Source of the DNA: Acidilobaceae archaeon
Lineage (GTDB): Archaea > Thermoproteota > Thermoprotei_A > Sulfolobales > Acidilobaceae
Direction of reading: 5' to 3'
Assembly (NCBI GenBank): GCA_038897215.1
Contig: JAWAWX010000001.1
Span: 256,001-320,000, forward strand
Length of the DNA: 64,000 bases
Shown here: one piece after another, positions 50,601-59,959 of the stretch
Layout of the letters: each line of letters starts with the position of its first letter
How positions within the stretch are numbered: position 1 is the stretch's first letter
Notes under the pieces: model-generated
The model's input: only the letters and a program-made list of their open reading frames with translations
The model's database searches: none
What the model was told of the DNA's origin: nothing
Position numbers and translations under genes: made by a program

Positions 50601-51518
50601 ATGAGCTTGAAGACTTCTCGCGCTACGCTCGTTGCATCTGCCTTGCTGTCTGCTCTGCTTACAGTCACACTCTTCTACCTGACTTTCGAGATACCGCTAC
50701 TCCTGGACGAAGCTCTCCGCCAATACCTCCCCGAAGCCTTCTTCAGTGTGCTGAGACCCCTCGGATACATATCGCTAACGCTAACGCTCGTTGCGATAAT
50801 CGCAGGCTTCCTGGCTAAGAGCAGGTTTCTAGCGTTTCTAGGCTCTTTGACCATGTATCTCCCGACATTCGCCTACTTTGCTTACGCTATGTTTCTTCTC
50901 CCCGGGCTGGGGGCTCTGGGAGTCCTCTGGCTACCCATACTGGAGAGCTATCCGCTAGTCTTGAAGCTGGGACACGCCGTCTTCCTACCGTTCTTGTTCA
51001 CTCCAGCTCCCTACGCTTCTCTCGCTGGAGCCGCTATCATCGCAACTGGGCTCCTCATCTTCTCTCTTGCTACGACCACGTGGCTCTACGGGAGGTTTAG
51101 AGGCTACGAGCTGGTAGACTTCTGGGTCTACAAGTATAGCAGACACCCCCAGTACCTAGGGTTCCTTCTCTGGAGCTACGGGCTAGTAGTATTCGCTATC
51201 CAAGGACCGTACCCTAAGGGAGCGCTCTCTATCCCTCCCACGTTTATCTGGCTTGTGGTAGCCGCGACCGTGGGGGGGATAGCGTTGCTAGAAGAGCTAG
51301 AGATGGTCGAGAAGCACGGAGAGAAGTATAGAGAGTACCGTGAGAAAACCCCATTCATGGTACCACTCCCCAAGCCTCTAGTTGCAATCATAATGCTACC
51401 CGCGAGGGTCGTGGGAGGGTATCCGAAGAGAGTGAGAGACGTGGTGGTAATAGTGGCTCTCTACACGGCTATACTAGCACTACTCTCCTACGTTCTCGTA
51501 ACGATTCTAGAGCTCTAG
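50601..51518 (+). CDS. ICMT/PEMT (DUF1295)-family membrane methyltransferase
   Basis: YKYSRHPQYLG; EE..M...HGEKY..Y...TP. Confidence 0.82.
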   Translation: MSLKTSRATLVASALLSALLTVTLFYLTFEIPLLLDEALRQYLPEAFFSVLRPLGYISLTLTLVAIIAGFLAKSRFLAFLGSLTMYLPTFAYFAYAMFLLPGLGALGVLWLPILESYPLVLKLGHAVFLPFLFTPAPYASLAGAAIIATGLLIFSLATTTWLYGRFRGYELVDFWVYKYSRHPQYLGFLLWSYGLVVFAIQGPYPKGALSIPPTFIWLVVAATVGGIALLEELEMVEKHGEKYREYREKTPFMVPLPKPLVAIIMLPARVVGGYPKRVRDVVVIVALYTAILALLSYVLVTILEL

Positions 51519-51695
51519 AGTAGCCGGGGTCCAGGCGCTAGCACAGACAGCGCTCATGCTCGGAGGAGTGTTCCCCTGTTTTCGTGATAGAAAGTCTACG
51601 TTGAGAAGACCGAGGAGGTGTTAGAGAACCTCCCCGGTCGAAAGCTGTGGTTGAAAGATAGCCGTTGACTGTAAGGAGGGGGCTTGGTGTAGAGT

Positions 51696-52520
51696 TTGAG
51701 GAGGAATGTGATAGCGGTGATCCACCTGCCTCCTCTCCCTAGGTCTTCTGCTAGAGTAGAGTGGAGCCTGGAGGCTGTGGTCGAGAGAGCGGTGAGAGAG
51801 GCTAGAGTCTTAGAGGAGCTGGGCTACGATGCTGTGATCGTCGAGAACTTTGGGGACAAGCCGTACCAGAAGAGAGTCTCGGATCCCCTCAGCTTAGCGA
51901 GCTTCACTGTCGTGGCCAGAGAGGTCGCTAGAGCAGTGAGCATCCCAGTTGGGCTAAGCCTCCTCAGGAACTCCGGTAGAGAAGCCTACGCTGTAGCTGT
52001 GGCCACGGGGGCTAGATTCATCAGAGTAAACGCTCTAGCCGATGTCGTGTTCTCAGACTCTGGAGTCCTCGAGCCCGAGGCTCCCAGGCTTAGAGACCTT
52101 AGAGTGAACTATCCCGGAGTCGAGGTCTACGCTGACGTGCTCGTCAAGCACGCAGCAAGCTCTAGGCTAGCGCTCTCTCTAATCGAGGCAGGCCACGCCA
52201 TTATCGCTAAAGGCTCTGTGGAGGATTACGTGAAAGAATTAATCTTAGACCACGTAGAGAGATGCGGAGCCAGTGCACTGATCGTGACTGGGCTCAGAAC
52301 AGGAGAAGCTCCGCCATTAGAGCTGGTAGCCGTCATCAGGAAGCTCTCCCCGACCCCAGTCCTCGTAGGCAGCGGGGTCACAGCGGAGAACGTGAGAGAA
52401 TACCTTAGAGTCAGCGATGGGGTAATAGTGGGGTCCTATATCAGAGATGGGGGCAGAGCTGGAGCCATGCTAGACGCGGAGAGAGCTAGGAGGCTCCTCG
52501 AGGAGGCTAGAGCGGTATAG
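51696..52520 (+). CDS. BtpA/SgcQ family TIM-barrel protein
   Basis: IHLPPLP, ENFGD.P, ADVLVKH, VTG..TG, GSGV. Confidence 0.92.
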   Translation: MRRNVIAVIHLPPLPRSSARVEWSLEAVVERAVREARVLEELGYDAVIVENFGDKPYQKRVSDPLSLASFTVVAREVARAVSIPVGLSLLRNSGREAYAVAVATGARFIRVNALADVVFSDSGVLEPEAPRLRDLRVNYPGVEVYADVLVKHAASSRLALSLIEAGHAIIAKGSVEDYVKELILDHVERCGASALIVTGLRTGEAPPLELVAVIRKLSPTPVLVGSGVTAENVREYLRVSDGVIVGSYIRDGGRAGAMLDAERARRLLEEARAV

Positions 52521-52561
52521 CGTTAAGCTCTCGAGCTTCACCACTACGCGAGGGGCTCTGA

Positions 52562-53206
52562 GTGAGGTTAGAGGAGGCTCTCAAGCTGATAGTGATCACG
52601 GATAAGAGGCTGAAGCCTAACGTGGTCGAGTCTGTGAGAGAGGCTCTCGAGGGCGGAGCCCCGTCTATCCAGCTGAGGCTCAAGGAGTCCTCGACCAGAG
52701 AGATGGTCGAGATCGGGAGAGAGGTCAGGAGGCTCACTAGAGACTACGGTGCTCTCTACTTCGTGAACGATAGAGTAGACGTGGCTCTAGCTACTGACGC
52801 TGATGGAGTCCAGCTAGGAGCAGAAGACATGCCGGTCTGGCTGGTCAGAGAGAAGATAGCGCCCAACCTCATAGTGGGGGCCTCGGTTCACAGCGTGGAG
52901 GAGGCTGAGAGAGCTCAAGCTGAGGGAGCGCACTTCATGGGAGCTGGCTCAGTCTACCCGACGTCATCCAAGAAGGGGGCAGTTGTGATAGGGCTGAGAG
53001 GCCTCAGAGAGATAGTGGAAGCATCCAGGATACCCGTGGTAGCCATAGGGGGGATCAACGCTAGCAACGTCCGCGAGGTCATGGAGACAGGAGTGGTCGG
53101 AGTAGCCGTCATATCAGCAGTCATGGCCTCCCCGGACGTGAGGAGAGCCACGAGAGAGCTCCTGGAGGCAGTGGAGAGAGCTCTAGCCGAGAGGAGGAGG
53201 CTCTAG
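52562..53206 (+). CDS. thiE: Thiamine-phosphate synthase
   Basis: QLRLK, VNDRVD, GASVH, PTSSK, AIGGI. Confidence 0.94.
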   Translation: MRLEEALKLIVITDKRLKPNVVESVREALEGGAPSIQLRLKESSTREMVEIGREVRRLTRDYGALYFVNDRVDVALATDADGVQLGAEDMPVWLVREKIAPNLIVGASVHSVEEAERAQAEGAHFMGAGSVYPTSSKKGAVVIGLRGLREIVEASRIPVVAIGGINASNVREVMETGVVGVAVISAVMASPDVRRATRELLEAVERALAERRRL

Positions 53207-53277
53207 AAGGGTCGGTTGATGCGAGCTCTCTCACCACTCGAGTAAGCCCGCCTCTCCCCATCCCCTGCTCTCTTGCG

Positions 53278-53339
53278 AGCGTCGGCGACGTGCAATAACC
53301 TCACAGACTCGGCTCTGGTGGAGGCTCCTCATCCGCAGC
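53278..53339 (-). ncRNA. Box C/D sRNA, dual guide, probably targeting 23S rRNA
   Basis: C GGATGA - GGAGCCTCCACCAGAG - D' CCGA - C' GTGAGGT - TATTGCACGTCG - D CCGA; guides complement the conserved LSU motifs CUCUGGUGGAGG and GACGUGCAA. Confidence 0.82.
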
Positions 53340-54071
53340 TCAGACCATCTCCTCGGGTATCCTCCCAGGCTCCACTGCTCTTATCGGTTTGAGGCCAGCG
53401 CTCTCAAGCCTCCTCTTGACGTGAGGGTAGAGGATCACGTACTCCCAGTCCACGTCGCTGAGCCTCGGGTCTATGCTCTCGAGGCGAGCCACGAGGCTCC
53501 TCACAGCCTCCTCTCTGCTGAACCCTATCATTGCCGCAGCGTACACCTCCTCGCCCGGCTTGAACCCCGCGTTCACCAGGTTCTCTATGGCTCTAAGCTG
53601 GAGCTCGAACGCTCCCGGGTCTGCCCCCGTCAGCCTAGAGAACTCCTCTGGCTCAGCTCCCTTTATCGAGACTCTCACCACCACGTTCTGGAATCTCGCT
53701 AGGTCTCTCGCGTAGCTCTCATCGTGACCTATAAGTATGCCGTTAGTCTCGAGCACGAACACTGTGTCCCCCGTCTCGGAGAAAGCTGAGAGAAGCTCTA
53801 GGAGGTGCCTTCTGCCTATAGTCGGCTCTCCTCCGCTGAGCCTGACCCGGGGGACTCCTCCTCGAGACTGGAGCTCTCTAAGCCTCGCGAATGCCCCCCT
53901 AGGGGATAGGAAGAAGCCTATATCGTAGGAGCTCTTGAACCTAGCACTCCAGCAGAAGACACATGCTAGATTGCAACCTATGACATCCCCCGTGGCTATC
54001 CCGCCGTACCACCTGTCAAGCCTAAACCTGTAGTAGAGCCTTAGCTCTGAGCCTCCGCTGGCTCTAGTCAC
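53340..54071 (-). CDS. Radical SAM protein (COG5014-like; frame extends upstream to about 54122)
   Basis: CNLACVFC, SGGEP, LETNG. Confidence 0.9.
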   Translation of the reverse strand: MTRASGGSELRLYYRFRLDRWYGGIATGDVIGCNLACVFCWSARFKSSYDIGFFLSPRGAFARLRELQSRGGVPRVRLSGGEPTIGRRHLLELLSAFSETGDTVFVLETNGILIGHDESYARDLARFQNVVVRVSIKGAEPEEFSRLTGADPGAFELQLRAIENLVNAGFKPGEEVYAAAMIGFSREEAVRSLVARLESIDPRLSDVDWEYVILYPHVKRRLESAGLKPIRAVEPGRIPEEMV

Positions 54072-54186
54072 CTTCTCGGCTACTACTCTGGCTAGAGCTA
54101 CGGGGTCGTAGCCTCTCCTCGCCCCGCTCCACCTCCAGAGCTGTGGAGGAGAGAGAGAGGGAATCTCGCTTCCAGCGCGCAGGACG

Positions 54187-55188
54187 CTAGCTCAGGTTCT
54201 CTCTGATCACTCTCAGAGCGTTCTCGTAGGCCACCTTGGCTACCTCTCTGTCGGTAAACCCTCTCTCAGCCAGCTTTGCTAGGAGCGCCGCGACTCTATC
54301 TATGGACTCGAAGCCTCTCGGGGGCTTTCTCCCAAGGAAGCCGAAGAAGTCCGTGCCTATGGCTAGAACGTCTGCTCCGTAGACCTCCCTAACGTATGCG
54401 AAGTGCTCCACGATGTCTTCTAGAGAAGGGTCGGCTCTCTGAGTCAGCAGGTGTGGTAGAGCAGTGATGCCGAGCACTCCCCTCTTAGAGGCTAGAGCTT
54501 CTAGCACCTCATCGTCGACGTTCCTAGGAGTGTCGACCAGCCTCCTCGGGTTAGCGTGGCTTATCACAGGCGGCTTCGAGGAAGCCTCGATCGCCTCTAT
54601 AGCCGTTCTCTTGCTCGCGTGAGCCAGGTCTAGTATGACGCCCAGCTTGTTCGCTAGTTTCACGAGCTCCTCCCCCTCGTCGCTCAGCCCCCTATCTCTC
54701 CTAGCCCAGCAGCCGGAACCGTACTTGTTGCTCGTGCTCCACGTCAGCCCGAGGCTCCTCAGCCCGAGCCTCTTGAAGAGGTAGAGGTCGCTGGGCTCCT
54801 CTAGAGCATCCGCTCCCTCTAGGTGGAGGAGGAGGCAGAGCCTCCACTCTCCCCAGAGGCACTTCTCGATATCACTCAAGCTCTCAACTATAGAGACCTC
54901 TGGGTGGGCTTCCGCCAGCCTGTAGTAGATCGAGAGCTGCTCCATGGCGACCGCTTGGGGAGCTCTGAAAGACACTCCCGGGACGGCTCTCCGGCCCTTG
55001 TAGGTCTCCACGCCGGGGAATATGGCCGCGAAGACGACCCTAACATTGCCTCTCCTGTACTTAGGCAGGTCTGCGTCTCTCCCCTCGACGTCCTCGTCTA
55101 AGTCTGCGAGAGGGCGACCGCCTCCGTGTGACATGAAGTAAGTCGATATGTCCTCGTGGAGGTCTACGACGGGGACCTTGCTCGCCAC
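54187..55188 (-). CDS. Membrane dipeptidase (M19) family
   Basis: DLHED, HLEG, LTW, DLAH, SHAN, RNV.D, IGTDF. Confidence 0.92.
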   Translation of the reverse strand: MASKVPVVDLHEDISTYFMSHGGGRPLADLDEDVEGRDADLPKYRRGNVRVVFAAIFPGVETYKGRRAVPGVSFRAPQAVAMEQLSIYYRLAEAHPEVSIVESLSDIEKCLWGEWRLCLLLHLEGADALEEPSDLYLFKRLGLRSLGLTWSTSNKYGSGCWARRDRGLSDEGEELVKLANKLGVILDLAHASKRTAIEAIEASSKPPVISHANPRRLVDTPRNVDDEVLEALASKRGVLGITALPHLLTQRADPSLEDIVEHFAYVREVYGADVLAIGTDFFGFLGRKPPRGFESIDRVAALLAKLAERGFTDREVAKVAYENALRVIRENLS

Positions 55189-55268
55189 AATCTGGCACCT
55201 GCTCCACGCTCGGGAGGAGTCGCGGCTCTTAAGTTCTAGCCGCTCTAGCCTCGAGCAGGCGGTGGGTC

Positions 55269-55991
55269 TTGACGCTCCACCTGAGAGTACAGAGAGGTAG
55301 CGTGGCTCGAGACGTCCTGGTTTGCGGCGACCCAGCTAGAGTAGACGTCTTGTCGGAGCTCTTGGAGGAAGCGAGAGTAGTGAGTACTCACAGAGGCTTC
55401 AAGGTAGTCTCCGGGCTTTACAGAGGGCGCTCTGTAAGCGTGGCGAGTCACGGGATAGGGGGGCCTAGCGCAGCCATAGTCTTCGAGGAGCTAAGGCAAG
55501 CCGGAGCGGAGAGAATCGTGAGGCTAGGGACAGCTGGGGGTCTGAGGCCTGGAGTGAGCGTAGGCAGCGTCGTCGTAGCAACTGGAGCAGGCTATCTTCA
55601 CGGAGGCTGTGCTCTAGGCCAGTACGCGCCCGGCTTCTGCCTCCCAGCGTCTCCCGACGTGGCTCTAACAGCTAGGATCATGGAGTCTCTGAAAAGGCAC
55701 GAAGTGGGGTTCGTTGAGGGAGCAGTGTTCACCAGTGACGCGTTCTACACTGAGAGCAGAGAGCTGGCGGAGAAGCTCTCCAGCCTCGGCTTCGTGGCTA
55801 TCGAGATGGAGACAGCCACGCTCTTCGCTCTAGGCAGGCTCAGAGGATTCAAGACAGCATCCGTGCTCGTAGTCTGCAACGTGCTCTACGGAGAAGAGGC
55901 GGGCAAAGTGTTCCTAACGACGGAGGAGCTAGCTGGGGTATTCATGAGGGTAGGAAGAGCAGTACTTGACGCTCTAGCTGAGAGCGAGTAG
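55269..55991 (+). CDS. Purine nucleoside phosphorylase (DeoD/MTAP-I type)
   Basis: GDPAR, HGIGGPS, RLGTAG, SDAFY, EME. Confidence 0.92.
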   Translation: MTLHLRVQRGSVARDVLVCGDPARVDVLSELLEEARVVSTHRGFKVVSGLYRGRSVSVASHGIGGPSAAIVFEELRQAGAERIVRLGTAGGLRPGVSVGSVVVATGAGYLHGGCALGQYAPGFCLPASPDVALTARIMESLKRHEVGFVEGAVFTSDAFYTESRELAEKLSSLGFVAIEMETATLFALGRLRGFKTASVLVVCNVLYGEEAGKVFLTTEELAGVFMRVGRAVLDALAESE

Positions 55992-56037
55992 CTCTCAGAC
56001 TTCACGCTTTTATACCTGGAGCCTGCTCAGCCGCCTG

Positions 56038-56844
56038 GTGCCAGGCTTGGGGAGCGGTGGGTTGAGAGAGTCCAGCATAAGCAGAGCTATCATCAAGTAC
56101 GCTTCCAGAGACTTAGAGGAGTTCTCTGAGGTCGATGTAGCCATAGTGGGTGCGGGGCCATCGGGTCTCACAGCCTCATACTATCTAGCCAAGAGAGGCT
56201 TCAAGGTGCTCGTCTTCGAGCGAAGACTCTCCTTCGGGGGAGGCACAGGCCCCGGAGGCAACATGCTGCCTAGGATAGCAGTGCAGGAGGAGGCAGTCCC
56301 TGTGCTCGAGGAATTCCAGGTGAGATACATCGAGACAGAGTACGGAGTCTACTTGGTGGACCCCGTAGAGCTCATAGCCAAGCTGGCGCGCGCAGCTATA
56401 GACGCTGGAGCCCGGATACTCCTGGGGGCTCACGTAGAGGACGTGATATACAGGAGCGAGCCTCTCAGAATATCCGGAGTCCTCTGGGTCTGGAGCCCCA
56501 TAAAAGAGAGCGGTATGCATGTAGACCCTCTCTACACTGAAGCTAGAGCAGTAGTCGACGCCACGGGGCACGATGCAGAGGTAGTCTCGATAGCAGCTAG
56601 GAAGCTACCTGAGCTCGGGCTAAAGGTGGCTGGGGAGAAGTCGAACTACACGGAGGTCTCAGAGAGGCTCGTAGTAGAGAACACTGGCAGAGTAGCTCCC
56701 GGGCTCTACGTGACCGGGGTAGCAGTATGCACTGTCCACGGGTTGCCTAGAATGGGCCCGATATTCGGCGGGATGCTACTAAGCGGTAGGAGAGTAGCCG
56801 AGATAATAGCGGAAGACCTTGGAGGAGGCAGGAGCCCCGCCTAG
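56038..56844 (+). CDS. thi4: Thiazole synthase Thi4, non-Cys (sulfide-dependent) type
   Basis: GAGPSG, MHVDP (His at the sulfur-donor Cys position), DATGH, PRMGPIFGGM. Confidence 0.94.
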   Translation: MPGLGSGGLRESSISRAIIKYASRDLEEFSEVDVAIVGAGPSGLTASYYLAKRGFKVLVFERRLSFGGGTGPGGNMLPRIAVQEEAVPVLEEFQVRYIETEYGVYLVDPVELIAKLARAAIDAGARILLGAHVEDVIYRSEPLRISGVLWVWSPIKESGMHVDPLYTEARAVVDATGHDAEVVSIAARKLPELGLKVAGEKSNYTEVSERLVVENTGRVAPGLYVTGVAVCTVHGLPRMGPIFGGMLLSGRRVAEIIAEDLGGGRSPA

Positions 56845-56971
56845 ACTAGTCTCGCTCAGGCTCGTAACCCGCTAGCTCAGACATCTACGCGTCTTAGCGC
56901 GAGCTAGCTCGGCTGAAGAACGAGAGTATGTGAGACAGAGATAAAGAGTCTAGAGAGGATCTCCTAAGGCG

Positions 56972-57229
56972 GTGAGCGGCGTGACGAGCATCCTAGAGGT
57001 AGACATGAGGCCTGGCGGGTCCTGTGGAGATAGCCCCTCAGCTGCTCTCAGCAGGCTAGCTAGTAGAGTCGAGGCGGAGAAGCCGGACACGGTCAGAGTG
57101 AGGCTCGACCCTAGTCTCGTCTCTCCGGGAGCGCTGAAAGTGATACTATCTCAGAGAGGCTACGAGGCGATAGAGACAATCAAGAACAATGATAGAGACG
57201 TTGTGATCGTCTTCTCTAGGAGGAAGTAG
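56972..57229 (+). CDS. TusA/SirA-like small protein
   Basis: EVDMRPGGSCGDSP variant of LD.RG..CP.P; ..RGY.. and terminal beta strand. Confidence 0.55.
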   Translation: MSGVTSILEVDMRPGGSCGDSPSAALSRLASRVEAEKPDTVRVRLDPSLVSPGALKVILSQRGYEAIETIKNNDRDVVIVFSRRK

Positions 57230-57428
57230 GAGGCTTACTCGAGCTACCGCATACCGGCAGAAGCCTACTCTAGAGCTTTCCTAGCTACTCTCGACTACTC
57301 CGATGATGGCGTAGAGAATCTCCGAGAAAGCTTTTTACTCCAACACCTCAACGTCTCGCATGCAGAGTGAGCAAGCTACTAGATTTAAGCTGAATCCACT
57401 TTCATCACGTCGACTCGGCTGAAAAGAG

Positions 57429-57902
57429 ATGCCTAGAGTAGCTGTGCTGATGGGTAGTAAGAGCGACTGGGAGGTCATGAAGCCAGCTGTCGAGACTCTT
57501 CGAGAGTTCGGAGTAGACGTCGAGGTCAGAGTCCTGTCTGCTCACAGAACTCCAGAGGAGCTGAGAGAGTACGTCATGACAGCTGCCGAGAGAGGAATCG
57601 AGGTCATAATCGCTGGAGCAGGCGGAGCAGCCCACCTACCCGGGGTCGTAGCCTCTCTGACTCACCTACCAGTCATCGGGGTTCCCGTCCCATCCCAGTA
57701 TCTGAATGGCCTCGACTCGCTATTCTCAATCGTCCAGATGCCTTCAGGAGTCCCCGTAGCCACTGTAGGCATAGGTTCTGCTAGAAACGCTGCACTCCTA
57801 GCTGTCAGGATACTGGGCCTCAAGTACCCCGAGCTAGTCGAGAAGCTACGCGAGCACAGAGAGAAGATGAGGAGAGAGACTTTATCCGCTAAGCTAGAAT
57901 AA
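57429..57902 (+). CDS. purE: N5-CAIR mutase / AIR carboxylase
   Basis: [28 protein letters not shown]. Confidence 0.97.
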   Translation: MPRVAVLMGSKSDWEVMKPAVETLREFGVDVEVRVLSAHRTPEELREYVMTAAERGIEVIIAGAGGAAHLPGVVASLTHLPVIGVPVPSQYLNGLDSLFSIVQMPSGVPVATVGIGSARNAALLAVRILGLKYPELVEKLREHREKMRRETLSAKLE

Positions 57903-57904
57903 GC

Positions 57905-58996
57905 TTATGTAAGAACCTTCTCCAAGACCCCTCTTCGAGCGGCTTCCTTAATCTCTCTAGCTATCCTCCTCCCCATAGACATAGGCTCGCTCCAGTAGAG
58001 GTATGAGTAGGGGCTTCCAGCCACGTAGAGATTAGTTCCAGCCACGATGCGCCCAGAGAACTCGAACACTTTGATATTCATGTCTCTATCGATAACAGAC
58101 TCTAGACAGAAAGGTCCGATGATGCCTGGAGGGCTCAGCCTCCGGGTAGCTTCAACGAATCTCACACCATACTCCATGTACTTTACTAAAATACTCTCTC
58201 TAAGAACTAGAGGGATGTTGCCCACTACTGTGAAAGTAGGGTCTACGAGAGTGCCGCTAGCGAGCCAAGAGGGGATTCTGGATATTCCATCGATATCGCT
58301 CTCGTACCTGATATCGGCTCCCAGTATCTCGACTCTATCGAAGAGAGGGCTGTAGAAGTAGTGCACGTAAGCCGTTACCCCTAAGACGTACTCTTGCACT
58401 ATGACCTCTCTAGGCGAGGATATAGCGCCGGAGGCTACGAGACTCTCTACTCTCCTCCTCACAGCTTCGGGGTCTTTCTCGATGAAGTAGCCTCTACCTC
58501 CTTTAGCTCCAGGAAGCTTGACTATAACCAGCCCATGGAAAGGCTCTCCTACCTCGTAGGTTCTAGGCGTGGGGATCCCGGCTTCTCTCAGAAGCCTCAT
58601 CTTCTCATGCTGGTTAGCTTCAACTCTGAATATTGACCGCAAGCCGAAGATAGGTAGCTCTACTCCTTCAGCACAATCCATGCCCACGTACTCGACGAAG
58701 CTACCGTGCGGTATCAGGATACTGTTCTCTTCTCGCAGAGTCTCCACGACCTCGGGCTTGCAGAGCTCTCTCCACTCGTCAACCACCACGAATCTATCAG
58801 ATAGATGCTTGAACTGCTCGTAGAACCACAGTCTCCTCTTCTCGACAACCAGCAGTGTTCTAAAGCCCTCTGTCTTAGCGCCGTGGAGTATTTGGAGAGC
58901 AGAGTGGCTGGCTAGAGTAGCGATAGAGAGATTGTCGAGGTCGTAGTGGGGAAGAACGCTCTCAACTATGCCTCCACGCGCTCTAAGAGACTCCAT
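57905..58996 (-). CDS. purP: Formate-dependent FAICAR synthetase
   Basis: ASHSALQI..GA..EG, PHGSFVEY, GAKGGRG, GPFCLE, FSGRIVAGTN. Confidence 0.93.
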   Translation of the reverse strand: MESLRARGGIVESVLPHYDLDNLSIATLASHSALQILHGAKTEGFRTLLVVEKRRLWFYEQFKHLSDRFVVVDEWRELCKPEVVETLREENSILIPHGSFVEYVGMDCAEGVELPIFGLRSIFRVEANQHEKMRLLREAGIPTPRTYEVGEPFHGLVIVKLPGAKGGRGYFIEKDPEAVRRRVESLVASGAISSPREVIVQEYVLGVTAYVHYFYSPLFDRVEILGADIRYESDIDGISRIPSWLASGTLVDPTFTVVGNIPLVLRESILVKYMEYGVRFVEATRRLSPPGIIGPFCLESVIDRDMNIKVFEFSGRIVAGTNLYVAGSPYSYLYWSEPMSMGRRIAREIKEAARRGVLEKVLT

Positions 58997-59084
58997 AGCC
59001 TATTCCTCGCTTCTCGAAGGAGACCTCTGAGACTATATCAGCTATGCTGTGATCGCTTGCTTAAATGTCCATGAGGTTCAGTCA

Positions 59085-59104
59085 ATTCAATGACGTGATT
59101 GAAT
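59085..59104. promoter_or_regulatory. Palindromic operator candidate in the purP/purC divergent promoter
   Basis: ATTCAAT-GACGTG-ATTGAAT. Confidence 0.5.
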
Positions 59105-59191
59105 AGGTCAAACTAACGATTATGTTGAGTAGTTCTAGAACGTAGTAGATAAATACGATCTCGTTAGGTATCTGAGAATCGGTCGGATGTA

Positions 59192-59959
59192 ATGACATTG
59201 AAGCTCATATACGAGGGTAAGAGTAAGCTTGTCTACGAGCTAGACTCAGATAGGTTAATCATAGAGTTCAAGGACGACGTGACGGCAGGAGATGGAGCGA
59301 TAAGAGCCAAGGCTCCCGGCAAGGACGTTCTATGCGCTAGAACCTCTGCACACCTATTCTCTCTGCTATCCAGCTCGGGGATAGACACGCACATGCTAGA
59401 GTTCGATGGCAATAAGAGGATGACTGTGAAGAGGCTCAACATGATACCTCTAGAGGTGATCGTGAGAAACGCTGCCTACGGGTCTCTCCTAAAGCGAATG
59501 CCCAAGTTCAAGAGCCTTCAGCTCTTCACCACCCCCCTCGTCGAGTTCCACTATAAAGACGACTCTCTCCACGACCCGCTAGTGCTACCCGAGGACGTGC
59601 TATACGCTGGCGTATTGGACGAGGAGCAGCTCGAACTCGTTAAGGAAGTCTCGCTCAAGGCTAACAGAGTTCTGTACGACTACCTCTCGAGCAAGGGGTT
59701 GCTACTAGTCGATATCAAGTTCGAGTTTGGCTTCGCGAAAGACGGGAGCATAGTGCTAGCCGACGAGATATCGGGAGACACCTTCAGAGTCATAGATGAG
59801 AAAGGGAGACACCTAGACAAGGAGATTTTCAGGAAGACGAGAGACACGAGAGCCCTGATCGAGGCCTACCTAGAGCTAGCTAGAAGGCTTGATATAAGAG
59901 TAGACGACGTTCAAGCTCTAGCTCAGCAAAATCTGAGGGGACTCTATGACGCTGAGTAG
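59192..59959 (+). CDS. purC: SAICAR synthetase
   Basis: YEGKSK, FKDDVTA, IPLEVIVRN, KDDSLHDP, DIKFEFG. Confidence 0.96.
   Translation: MTLKLIYEGKSKLVYELDSDRLIIEFKDDVTAGDGAIRAKAPGKDVLCARTSAHLFSLLSSSGIDTHMLEFDGNKRMTVKRLNMIPLEVIVRNAAYGSLLKRMPKFKSLQLFTTPLVEFHYKDDSLHDPLVLPEDVLYAGVLDEEQLELVKEVSLKANRVLYDYLSSKGLLLVDIKFEFGFAKDGSIVLADEISGDTFRVIDEKGRHLDKEIFRKTRDTRALIEAYLELARRLDIRVDDVQALAQQNLRGLYDAE

Noticed and set aside
56850-56915. tRNA-like GGCTCGTAACCCG fragment or C/D sRNA
   Set aside because: No cloverleaf; two D-like boxes but no C or C' box
57295-57330. C/D-like CCGA-TGATGG-12nt-CCGA
   Set aside because: Only half of the motif; no upstream C box
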